Part shown: positions 42,092-52,133 of the stretch, one piece after another
Layout of the letters: each line of letters begins with the position of its first letter
Numbering within the stretch: position 1 is the first letter of the stretch
Origin: a virus
Virus record (IMG/VR): IMGVR_UViG_3300010354_000050
Coordinates: 32,001-96,000 of that record
Direction: 5' to 3' (one strand)
Length of the DNA stretch: 64,000 nucleotides
Translations under genes and position numbers: made by a program
The notes under the pieces: generated by a model
Database searches by the model: none
The model's input: only the letters and a program-made list of their open reading frames with translations
Told to the model about the DNA's origin: nothing

Positions 42092-43555
42092 ATGTTTGTA
42101 GATCATCTAGAAAACCAACTGAGCAACATTACTTCTACCCAAAATGGCGCTAAGGCATATGGCTCTACCTTAAATGCTTGCCTAGACCTTTTTGGCAAAA
42201 TTGGTGCTTGTAGGGAAGACTTAAACCAGGCTAAGCAACTGTTTGCTAAAGCCTATGAAGAAAATGCACAACTGGCTACCCAAATTTTGTTTTGGGTTAG
42301 GGATATTCGGGGGGGTCAAGGTGAAAGGAAAGTTTTCAAGGAATTGTTAAAAGATTTAGCATCAATTGATCCCCAAATTGTTCAGAAACTAATTCCTCTA
42401 GTTCCTGAATTTGGCCGCTGGGATGATCTACTTATCCTAGAAGATACTTCTGTTTGGGAAAATGTTCTGGAGTTGTTTAAGCAACAACTTGATAGAGATC
42501 TGAAGGCTAAAGAAAAGCAAATTTCTCTTCTAGCTAAATGGTTGCCATCTATTAATGCTTCTAGCAAAGATAGTAAGCGTCAAGGTAGGAAAATTGCAGC
42601 GTCTCTGGGGTATTCTGAAAAGCAGTATCGCAAAACCTTGTCAACGTTGCGCTTAAAGATCAAAATCGTTGAGCAAAAGATGTGTGCAAATGAGTGGGGA
42701 AACATTGAGTACAGCAAAGTTCCTTCCCGTGCTTCATTTATGTACCGTAATGCTTTCAAAAGCCACGATATTCAGCGGTATTCTGAATTTCTTGCTGATG
42801 TAGCCTCAGGTAAGAAAAAAATCAATGCTTCTACCCTATACCCCTATGACATTATTCATCAATTCCTGTATAGTGAAGTAGAAGTAGAAGACCAAACCCT
42901 TGAACTTCTTTGGAACAACTTGCCTAACTACCTAGAAGACCAGCAAGAAGGCTTCAATGGCCTAGTAGTAGCTGATGTTTCTGGGTCAATGTATGGTCAA
43001 CCTATGGCTGTTTCTATTTCTCTAGCAATGTACATTGCTGAAAGGAATCAAAGTGAGGTTTGGAAAAACAAATTCTTGACCTTCACTGATAAACCTTCCC
43101 TAGAAACCATCGAAGGTTCTACCCTTCAGGAAAAAATCAATAACCTTGGAAACAGCGATTGGGGTTACAATACCAATCTAGTGAAAGTGTTTGAAGCTAT
43201 CCTTCAAGCTGCTAAAGTAGGCAAGGTTCCTCAAGACCAAATGCCACAGAAACTAATCATTGTTTCTGATATGGAATTTGATGAAGCTTGTCAGTATAAT
43301 GACCTGACCAACTTTGAACATATTTCACATATGTTTGAAAAAGCAGGTTACAAACTTCCTGACTTAATTTTCTGGAATGTGAATTCAGGCAGTAGCGTAC
43401 CTGTCACTGTTCATGATTCTGGAACTGCTTTGCTGTCAGGTTACAGTCCATCTGCACTAAAGGCAATTTTTTCATCAGAAGGCATTACTCCTTTGTCAGT
43501 AATGTTAGAATCAGTAGATTCTGAACGATACTTGCCTATTAAGCAGGTTTTCTAG
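42092..43555 (+). CDS. DUF2828-family TROVE-like / vWA protein (Ro60-related architecture)
   Basis: TQNGA, LDLF, RDIRGGQGER, EFGRWDDL, AKWLPS, VADVSGSM (MIDAS), WGYNTN, SDMEFD, IFWNV, LSGYSPS. Confidence 0.85.
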   Translation: MFVDHLENQLSNITSTQNGAKAYGSTLNACLDLFGKIGACREDLNQAKQLFAKAYEENAQLATQILFWVRDIRGGQGERKVFKELLKDLASIDPQIVQKLIPLVPEFGRWDDLLILEDTSVWENVLELFKQQLDRDLKAKEKQISLLAKWLPSINASSKDSKRQGRKIAASLGYSEKQYRKTLSTLRLKIKIVEQKMCANEWGNIEYSKVPSRASFMYRNAFKSHDIQRYSEFLADVASGKKKINASTLYPYDIIHQFLYSEVEVEDQTLELLWNNLPNYLEDQQEGFNGLVVADVSGSMYGQPMAVSISLAMYIAERNQSEVWKNKFLTFTDKPSLETIEGSTLQEKINNLGNSDWGYNTNLVKVFEAILQAAKVGKVPQDQMPQKLIIVSDMEFDEACQYNDLTNFEHISHMFEKAGYKLPDLIFWNVNSGSSVPVTVHDSGTALLSGYSPSALKAIFSSEGITPLSVMLESVDSERYLPIKQVF

Positions 43556-43896
43556 AAAAACCCTGAGACTCCTTAAGAAATAGGAAAAGGTTAAACCTTT
43601 TCCTTTTTTTTGTTGCCAACTTCTGATAAAAGTGCTAAAAACTGTAGTAGCTTACTTTGTAGTTCCATCCCATATCTCTAATGATGAATTGTGGGATGCC
43701 GTGAACTATGATAAAGTGTCTGAAAGACACCCTGAAGTAGGAATTTACTACGTTTAGTTTCTAAAAGACCTTGCTTTAAGGTCTTTTTTTACTCTACCAA
43801 AAAGCATAACAATTTCCTGAGAAAACCTAGAAGGTTTTCCTTGACAACTCCCCCCATATCTGGTAAGATAGGGTTAACCGAGTTGAGAAACTGACC

Positions 43897-44586
43897 ATGA
43901 CTTTTGCTTTAATTGGAGACATTCATTCCCAGGCTACCAACTGCTATGATGCAGTAAACTACTGCGTAGCCAATGGATACACTCCTGTCTTCCTAGGAGA
44001 TCTTTTTGATTCCCGTACTTGGGAATCTGATTCCGTAGGAGTTTACAAAATTGCCCGTGAAGCAGAAAATGAATTAGGAGCAGTTATTATTGCCTCTAAT
44101 CACCAAGATAAATTACGAAGGTGCCTGTGGGGAAACCCTGTTGATCTGAGTTCTGCACCGGAACTTGTTAGAACCCTAGAAGATTTTGAAGCTTCTGGGA
44201 TTGATAACCAAGAATTGAATTTTTGGTTGTCTAACCTTCCCTATGGTTTTTGCTTTAAGGAAGGTGGCAGGGAATACCGCTGTTCCCATGCTTATTTTTC
44301 TGCCCTCGTTCCTATTCCCAAATATACCAGTTCCCATTGTGTCTACTTCAAAGACATCACCAAAAAAACCCGCTCTTGGATATTATACGGGAAAAGATCT
44401 TTTGATGGTTCAAGGGTATACTGGTGGGAAAAGCCTAACCTTAACCCTTGGATAAGGGTAGCAGGACATTATCACATTATCCACATTGATCTACCCAATG
44501 GAAACCTAGTCCTTGATGGAAATTGTGGTGGTGGTGGTCAATTACCCCTATACCTAGTAGATAAGGGTGAACTACTCTTGTTCTAG
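43897..44586 (+). CDS. Calcineurin-like metallophosphoesterase
   Basis: GDIH, LGDLFD, SNHQ, SHA, GHYH. Confidence 0.88.
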   Translation: MTFALIGDIHSQATNCYDAVNYCVANGYTPVFLGDLFDSRTWESDSVGVYKIAREAENELGAVIIASNHQDKLRRCLWGNPVDLSSAPELVRTLEDFEASGIDNQELNFWLSNLPYGFCFKEGGREYRCSHAYFSALVPIPKYTSSHCVYFKDITKKTRSWILYGKRSFDGSRVYWWEKPNLNPWIRVAGHYHIIHIDLPNGNLVLDGNCGGGGQLPLYLVDKGELLLF

Positions 44587-44792
44587 AACATAAGGAAGAA
44601 GAGTTTTCTTCTTCCTTTTTTTATTAAGGGTTGATCTTTCTAAAGAACTATAGTACAATGGTAAAGAATTTACCAAAGGAATATCATGTTGGAAGTAAGA
44701 TAATATAAATAGATTTCAGGCTATCTAGTCAAAGCAACATGAATTTAACAAGTAGCGTAAAATAAGTAAGGGATACTGATTAGGTGTAAACA

Positions 44793-45323
44793 ATGATCAA
44801 ACAATTTCAATACAAAGTAGCAATATTAATTAAACACCCTGAATACTTTGATATTCTAGAAGAAGGGTTAGGAGGCCCAGATTCCGAAACACTACAAGAA
44901 GCTTTTCATGCTCTACTAGAAGACATAGACCACATCGACAGTAAACTTCAAGTAGTATTCAGGGTGTTTGTTGAAGATGGTACAGTAGAAATAATCCTTT
45001 CAACAGGGCAAGCTGTTGTCATTACTATTTCAGCAGAAGACTACATTTGCAATATTAAGTCCCAAGAGGAAATGGAATTAGCTTCTGAACTATACTATAG
45101 GTTGGTTAGAGCTATTGAAAGGGAACTCCCTTCCAAGTACAAGTATAATATTGCTCTAGTAGACCCCCCCTGTCCTTCTACTAATTTTCTTATTTCTGAC
45201 ACTGAAAATGATGTTTTCTGCGGAAAGTTCTACCACCTAGGGGAACCCGAAGTAAGCTACAATTGGACTGTAGAAGTAATTAACCCTGATACTACTGACC
45301 TAAAGGCCCAAGTTTACCTATGA
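44793..45323 (+). CDS. Hypothetical protein
   Basis: 176-aa ORF overlapping the next start. Confidence 0.7.
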   Translation: MIKQFQYKVAILIKHPEYFDILEEGLGGPDSETLQEAFHALLEDIDHIDSKLQVVFRVFVEDGTVEIILSTGQAVVITISAEDYICNIKSQEEMELASELYYRLVRAIERELPSKYKYNIALVDPPCPSTNFLISDTENDVFCGKFYHLGEPEVSYNWTVEVINPDTTDLKAQVYL

Positions 45324-46267
45324 GATTAGACCAACTAAATACATCTGAAGAAAAGTTCTCAAACATTGTTGAAGGATGTGAAAGTTCTTTAGATAATCTG
45401 CAAAGCTATGTTGAATCAGAAGTTCAAAATGTAAAAGCTAAATTTGATCTGGAAGTTGTAAAGCTAAGTAACCGTTTTACAGCAGAAATAAACAAAGTCA
45501 AAAAGCAGCTTAATAAAGCTGAACGGTACTCTAAGCAGTTGGAACAGGCGCTAGATTCCTATAAACGTTCCTTAGAAAGAGAAACAAGAGCAGAAAACAA
45601 GAAACTCAAAGAAAAAATTGTAGAATTAGAAAAGTTCATCAGCAGTATAGAATTTATTGATGATGATGTTGAAAAGAAAGAATTAGAAGCAGATCTAAAA
45701 GAAAAGGAAGAAAAAGAAAAGCAACATTTTCTTAGGGCAAGGACATTTGCCTTCTTCCAAAAAATCCTTATGATGATTGGGAAATGGTCAGATGATATAC
45801 TCCCTGCTGAAGATTTTGAAATTGTTAGTAGGTCAATCTTAATCCCCTCAGTATACATGAGAATTTCTAAATATGAACCAAATTATTTGCTTGAAAGTCT
45901 ACCCCAGTGCAAAGAAATAGTAATCAATGGTAGAGAATACATTTCTGCCTTAAGAAAAGAATATCCTACTAATCTAGCTTCTAGGAGTGTTTGGGATTCT
46001 GCTACAGAAGAAATCAAAATTTGGTGGACTGATTATGCCTTGCCAGAAATCTTTGGTTGGCGCGATGAAAGGTGGGATCATGATCAACACCTAGATTGGG
46101 AAATTTCTAATAAATGGGAAAATAACCCTACTGACCAAATGACATTATTTCCCCCAGTTTACGATACAATGTATAGCATGAGGTGTTATGATTCTCTGAC
46201 ATCACCTATGAGGGAATTGGCTTTAGAATTAGAGGATAAAAAGTACAAGTTTCCTTCTAATTTGTAA
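45320..46267 (+). CDS. Hypothetical coiled-coil protein
   Basis: 315 aa with N-terminal coiled coil. Confidence 0.7.
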   Translation: MRLDQLNTSEEKFSNIVEGCESSLDNLQSYVESEVQNVKAKFDLEVVKLSNRFTAEINKVKKQLNKAERYSKQLEQALDSYKRSLERETRAENKKLKEKIVELEKFISSIEFIDDDVEKKELEADLKEKEEKEKQHFLRARTFAFFQKILMMIGKWSDDILPAEDFEIVSRSILIPSVYMRISKYEPNYLLESLPQCKEIVINGREYISALRKEYPTNLASRSVWDSATEEIKIWWTDYALPEIFGWRDERWDHDQHLDWEISNKWENNPTDQMTLFPPVYDTMYSMRCYDSLTSPMRELALELEDKKYKFPSNL

Positions 46268-46387
46268 GAAATGCTACTTTATATCTAACCTAGAGATTTA
46301 AGCAACTTCTAAAAGGAGTTGCTTTTTTTATTGAATAGACCTATAATGTAGTTAATCTGAGAAAACATAGAAAAAGAGAAAAAAAAA

Positions 46388-46810
46388 ATGATTGAACCTT
46401 ATTTTGTAGAAAGGCAGCTTCAAACTTGGACAGGGTGGAACCCCTATGATAGGGCTAACCCTGTAAGAAGAAGTAGAGGGCATGGTATAAATTTTCTAGA
46501 AAACTTTCAAGGTTTTTCTTTTTGGAAATGGGATTCTTATAGAGAACTTTGCCAGATCATAGTTTTTAACCAGGATAAAGAAGAAGTTGGCTATATTGGT
46601 TACTACCTTGGTGGCTATTGTGTAAGTATCTACGTAGACCCTAAGTTCAGATGTCTGGGCTTAGGATCAAGGTTAATTAGCCTAGTTCCTAACTTAAAGG
46701 TCTTTCAAGAAGATGTAGGGTCATTCAACAAAAAATTAGACAAACAAGACCCTTTACATTCTAGGGAGTACCTGTTAGAATGGTATAGTAAGAAGGGAGT
46801 TTTGAGGTAA
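46388..46810 (+). CDS. GNAT-like acetyltransferase
   Basis: IYVDPKFRCLGLGSRLI acetyl-CoA motif; WYSKKG. Confidence 0.6.
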   Translation: MIEPYFVERQLQTWTGWNPYDRANPVRRSRGHGINFLENFQGFSFWKWDSYRELCQIIVFNQDKEEVGYIGYYLGGYCVSIYVDPKFRCLGLGSRLISLVPNLKVFQEDVGSFNKKLDKQDPLHSREYLLEWYSKKGVLR

Positions 46811-46812
46811 CT

Positions 46813-47271
46813 ATGAAACATATTAACAAGGCTATTGTTGCAGACAAAGTAGAATACCTTCAGATTCTAGGTACTATAAAGGAAAATGCTCTAGTACGTA
46901 CTAGGGGCAAGAGCCTCTATGCAGTAACCGAAATCACTAAGAGGAGTGAGGTAAAAACTTACTTTGTCTTGAGGGTTAACGGAAAACTCACAGGGATTTA
47001 TTACAATCTTGAACAAGCTACCCATGAATACAATAACAAGTAGAACCAGATGAAGCTACCTCTGAAAAAGGAAAAAACAGAATTTGTAGAAATTCTAGGA
47101 TTCAAGAAAGAATTTCCCATTGCTATAGGAAAAAACAAAGCCCTTTACATTGTATCTGAACTAGATAAATATGGGGAGGCAAAGGTTTACTTTTATCTCA
47201 AGGTTAATGGCTACCTGAAGGGGATCTACTTTGATCCTGAAGAAGCCCATGTACAATATAATTTGAGGTAA
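46813..47271 (+). CDS. Two tandem paralogous small proteins (46813-47043, 47050-47271)
   Basis: Shared pattern ILG..K...LY.V.E...L.VNG.L.GIY. Confidence 0.65.
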
Positions 47272-47788
47272 TTTGAAATTATGGCTACTGAAATCAAGAA
47301 CCACCAAGACTTAATCAATTGGATTAATTCTGATGATCTTAATAAGATTTCCCGTGAAAATCTAAAACAAATTTTCCAAGCAGGAAAGTCAAACCCTATT
47401 GCAGTAATTTTAGCCTTAGCTAAACTTGATGTAGAAGAAGGTGTAGAACCTAAATCTTCTAATCCTATTTACTTGGATTGTTACCAGTTTTGGTACAGGG
47501 CGTTATCTATAGATGTTAAAGCAGTAGAACAATAGCAATGAAAACCCATAAAACCAGGAACGGGAAATTTATTCCTATAAGTAAACTAGAAGACGATCAT
47601 TTGCTTAACATTATCAGGTTTTACCAGAGAAAAGCAAAAGAAGGTCTTTTAGTTTGCTATAGGAGTCCTAGTTTGCATGACAGTTTCGATGACCATTTCT
47701 TTGACATTGTTTATGGAGAAGAAGCCTTAGAAAACCTAGGGTATTATTTCTATGTTGAAGAAGCTGAAAAAAGATTCAGGAGTAATAA

Positions 47789-48250
47789 ATGATTAAATAT
47801 ATCAAAAAAGGCAACATCTTTGAGTCCAACTGTGAAGCCCTAGTTAACCCTGTCAATACTGTGGGGGTAATGGGAGCGGGTTTAGCCAAACAATTTAAAA
47901 AAAGGTATCCAAAAAACTTTGTAGCATACCAAGACTACTGTAACCAAGGAAAGCTAAAACCAGGTGGAGTCTTTGTTTTCCTGGAAGAAGGTGACATTAT
48001 TGTTAACCTGGCAACCAAAGACCACTGGAAAGATCCTTCTGAAGTTGACTATGTTGAAAAAGGGTTGCAGCAACTTTTGCAGTTTATCCAAATTCAAGAA
48101 GTTGTATCAGTGGCTATCCCTGCCTTAGGATGTGGTCTTGGTGGTCTAGACTGGGCTGATAACGTTCTTCCTTTAATTGAGTATTACTTCCAAGACAATG
48201 AAGAAGTAAGCAATGTGGAAGCAAAGGTTTATGTTCCCTACGGTTATTGA
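47789..48250 (+). CDS. Macrodomain ADP-ribosylglycohydrolase (DarG-like)
   Basis: GNIF, LVNPVNTVGVMGAGLA, TKDHW, AIPALGCGLGGLDW. Confidence 0.88.
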   Translation: MIKYIKKGNIFESNCEALVNPVNTVGVMGAGLAKQFKKRYPKNFVAYQDYCNQGKLKPGGVFVFLEEGDIIVNLATKDHWKDPSEVDYVEKGLQQLLQFIQIQEVVSVAIPALGCGLGGLDWADNVLPLIEYYFQDNEEVSNVEAKVYVPYGY

Positions 48251-49665
48251 TTTGTAAAAGGTTGAGGAGAAATTTGTGAAAAATTCATTAAAGCCTTTTA
48301 TTTTTGGTACTTTGTTTAGTTTCTCGGTATCTTTCATACTTACGTTGGCTATTTTTGGAACAACTCCAAGTTCCCCAATAAAGGAAAACCTAATTGAGTC
48401 ATTAATAATGACAGTTTTTTATCACTCTTCAAGCTTAGCAGGTTTCCTAATTGGGGCTAGTTTAACAGACGGCAAATAAAAATAGGAGCCAAAAAATAAT
48501 TTCAGAATTGTCCAACCTTCCACTAGATAGCTGCTTGACTTTTAGGCCCCACTCCTTTATACTAGAAAAGTAATCAGTCAGGTAAAAAATGCTAAAAATT
48601 ATGGCAACGCAAGAACAACCCCTTTTCGGTAGTAACTATGGATATTTTGATATTTCCGTAGTAGGCTACTTTCCTGTAGATCCTACTCTACCCCCATTTG
48701 AACCTCAACTTTCAAAATTTGTTAAAACAGATGCCTTTGAAAGTGAACCTATTGCCAATTTTGCATGGGTGAGTCATGATGGTAACGGTAAAGTAGATGG
48801 TTTTCCAATCTGTGAATCTTGGGAGGAAGAATCTAAAAACCCCTTTCTTTACTTGTCCTTTCTGGATGACTATCTTCTTCCTGAAGACTCTGACTGCCAC
48901 ATTCCTGTTTTAGCACCCTTTGCACTTTAAGCCTTAATCCTTTACACTAAAGAAGTAATCAGTGAGGTAAAAAATGAACCTTGAACAAATTTGGAATCTA
49001 GTACAACTACCTGAAGAAGCTCAGGTGACGATTCACAATTTTGCCGCTATTGATGGAGGTAAGTTGCTTTTTCAGAGTAATGAAAAAGTGATCGGGGAGT
49101 ACGATTATAGAGATCCTGATGGGGGTCGATCTATTCATGGTGCTGCTACTGTAAAACTAGATGATTTTATCATTGAGTTTTCCTATCGTGAAAAATGGTG
49201 GGAGGGTCTGCGGGTGTTGGTTAAGGAAGAAGGTAAAAAATACTTTTCTGAAGCTTACTTTGATGAAGATTTTCCTAATTGGGCTTTTCAGGAAGACTAA
49301 TCAACTTTAATAAAAACACTAAGAACCTTAAAAAAAGGTTCTTTTTTTTATTGACTTGGAGTACAAAGGCTGTTAGAATAGAAAAGAAAGCTAGAAAGAA
49401 GTAGAAAAAAATGGAAAAAGTAACACTATATACTAATCTAGACTACATAATTTTTCCTAAATATGAGTCCAAATTTCCCCCCCCCCCGATTGGTAGTTAC
49501 ATCTTGTGTTCCACTAGTAATCCCAGCAGAAAAGCAAAGCTTGAAGTTATGCAACTGACTTATGATGAAAAAGGATGGAAAGCTGAGTTGCACATTCCCT
49601 CTTTAGTTTTAGAAAGAATGTCTGTTAAGCAGTGGTACAAACAATACCTAGGAGTAGATATTTAG

Positions 49666-51285
49666 ATGAAACTTAACCCTATTGGTTATCCTGTAATCTC
49701 TGACCAAACTTTTTCTAAAGTTTTTGGAGAATTCACTAAAAGGTCAATTCCCACATCTACAGAAAAAACTAGAAAACTTCTTCAGGCAAACACTATTCCT
49801 TTTCCTGTAGACTACCCTGAAAACTTATTTGATGGGGAATTACCTTTTCCAGATCTTAAAGCAAAAACTTTGGATCAACATTTTGAAAAAATTGCTGAAG
49901 ATTTTGTAGGCCAATATTTGCAAGATGCCGAAACTTTAGCTACTTGTAAAATCCCACCCATCCCACCTATTCAAGAACTTGTTCCCGAAGTAGGCTGGAC
50001 AAAATATACTTTTGAAAATGAAACATGGATTAAAGAACCTGTCCCCTACCCTTTAGAATCTGGGATATTTGATACTGAAACTTTTGTAGAAGGTGGGGCT
50101 TTCCCAGTTATTGGTACTGCTTTAACCCATAAAGCTGCCTACATCTGGTTAGCTTCTGAATTTGTTAACCCTGATCTCCCTGTAGAGCAATGGGATCAAT
50201 TTGGGCTAATTCCCTTAGGAACTGACAAGTTCATTATTGGTCATAATATTTCCTATGATAGAGTTAGGGTTCAAGAAGCATACAACCTTACCAACAATTT
50301 ACCAGAAAACTTCTACTTCGATACCCTTTCTGCACATATTGGTGTATCCGGGTTGGCTTCTGGTCAACGTTGGCTCTATGTTCTAGCAGCAAAAGACCCA
50401 GATTCCCTTACTGAACAAGAAAAGCGCCAACTACGCTTTTCTCCTAAATGGGCTTCTGAAGGAAGTACAAACTCCTTGATTGAAACCTATAACTTCCATG
50501 TAGCTGCACCCAAAGAACTTTTTCAAGATGGAGATTTTAGGTTAAAGGAATCTGATAAGGAAGTCAGGGATTTGTTTGTAAAAGCAAAAACCATGAAGGA
50601 GTTGGCTAACCCCTCTGATTTCTACAAACTAATCGACTACGCGATTAAGGACGTTTTCTATACTTTTGAGCTATATCAAGCCCTATGGCCTAAGTACAGA
50701 GAATCTACTCCTAGTACAGTAGCCTTAGCAGGTCATTACTTTTTAGCAGGCTCTAAGATTCCCCTTGTTGACAACTGGGAAAGTTGGATTGATAAAACTG
50801 AAGAAGTTTTTCAAGCTCAAATGGAAGAAATGGATCAGATTTGCAAAGACCTAATGAAAACCCATGTAGAAGAATGGGGGAAAGAGTTAGACAAAGATCT
50901 GCTACAAATTTCCTATAGGTTTGAAGAAGAACCTGAAAAATTAGTAGAAGAAGTTGGTTTGCAGAAAAAGAAAACTGTAAAGCTAACTGATGTTTTGAAA
51001 GCACTAGATAAACTAGAAATTGAATGGAGGTTTAACTCTAAACAGTGGGCTGAACAAGACCCCTGGCTAAAACAGCTAGATTGGACACCGCAAAACTACA
51101 CAGGAAAGTTTGCCTTTATGCCTAAGTGGGCTTGTAAATTTTTAGCTGAACCTGAAAAGAATAAGTTTTCAGTTAAAAACCGTGCTGCCCATTTACTCCT
51201 TAAACTAAAGTGGGAAGGAAAGCCTATCTTATGGGTTGACGGTCAAGGCTGGTGCTTTGAAGTAGAAGATGAAGCTGATGCTTAA
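49666..51285 (+). CDS. Pol-gamma-like family A DNA polymerase, N-terminal (exonuclease) part
   Basis: FDTETFV, IGHNISYDRVRVQEAY, FDTLSAHIGVSG, YAIKDV, DPWLKQLDW, LKLKWEGKP...GWCF. Confidence 0.88.
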   Translation: MKLNPIGYPVISDQTFSKVFGEFTKRSIPTSTEKTRKLLQANTIPFPVDYPENLFDGELPFPDLKAKTLDQHFEKIAEDFVGQYLQDAETLATCKIPPIPPIQELVPEVGWTKYTFENETWIKEPVPYPLESGIFDTETFVEGGAFPVIGTALTHKAAYIWLASEFVNPDLPVEQWDQFGLIPLGTDKFIIGHNISYDRVRVQEAYNLTNNLPENFYFDTLSAHIGVSGLASGQRWLYVLAAKDPDSLTEQEKRQLRFSPKWASEGSTNSLIETYNFHVAAPKELFQDGDFRLKESDKEVRDLFVKAKTMKELANPSDFYKLIDYAIKDVFYTFELYQALWPKYRESTPSTVALAGHYFLAGSKIPLVDNWESWIDKTEEVFQAQMEEMDQICKDLMKTHVEEWGKELDKDLLQISYRFEEEPEKLVEEVGLQKKKTVKLTDVLKALDKLEIEWRFNSKQWAEQDPWLKQLDWTPQNYTGKFAFMPKWACKFLAEPEKNKFSVKNRAAHLLLKLKWEGKPILWVDGQGWCFEVEDEADA

Positions 51286-51543
51286 AAACCTGTTTTCTAT
51301 TGCAATTGAATAGTTTGGTTGAAAAAATCAGGATAGTGATGATGATGGAATATCTCAGACAGTCTTAGGCTTTATTAGTTCATTTGTTCCTTCAAAACCT
51401 GAATCAAGAGTTTATGCTAGAATTAACCCTTGGTAATGTCATGTAACCCTGACATTGAATAAGAAACCTTTTCAGGTTTCTTTTTTTTTGTTGATATAGG
51501 TAAACTGTTCCTATACAATAGGATTGTAGATAAGATTTCAATC

Positions 51544-51879
51544 ATGTTTAACCTATATGTTTGCCTTCCACCTATTACTGGCGTAGTTCTAGCTTATGTC
51601 TTCAGGAACCTAGGGCTATATCAATTTCAATTTCTGTCTTTGTTTGGAGTTTACCTGTATTACTTGTGCTTCAATTTGGTTTTCTTCAGGAAACTTAGAG
51701 GAGCCCGAATAACCCTCACAGGATTACTTTCTTTCATATACCTTGTACTCAGTTTTCTCTTTCCTGTTTACCATCAAATACCTGAACAACTCTTGGCTGT
51801 AGAAAGAGTAATCCTTTTAGCTGATTTCAGAGAAAACCTTTACAAGGTTTCCTTTTTTATTCTTTGTAGAACTACCTAA
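51544..51879 (+). CDS. Membrane protein between the two polymerase genes
   Basis: Three hydrophobic segments; putative promoter upstream. Confidence 0.55.
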   Translation: MFNLYVCLPPITGVVLAYVFRNLGLYQFQFLSLFGVYLYYLCFNLVFFRKLRGARITLTGLLSFIYLVLSFLFPVYHQIPEQLLAVERVILLADFRENLYKVSFFILCRTT

Positions 51880-52133
51880 ACAGTAAAAAAGCAAGTAGCT
51901 AATGAATTTCTTGACAACTAACATATACTAGGTTAAAATAGAAATGTGTACTTCAGGAGCAAGTAATGTTTAAGTGCAAATGCTTTCTTTATGCTGATGA
52001 CGAATATTTTACAGATATTACCCTCAAAGTAAAGCCAGTGCAAAACAATAACTTACATTGTTGAATCTGTAGTTATCCACCCCTACGGCCTAGATGACTA
52101 TGATTTCACACTGTCCCTTTCTGATTATTAAGC

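Noticed and set aside
51286-52133. Intron or split intein joining the polymerase halves
   Set aside because: No group I R/S elements or group II ends seen, no intein terminal motifs; the gap contains ordinary promoters, a terminator-like hairpin and an ORF.
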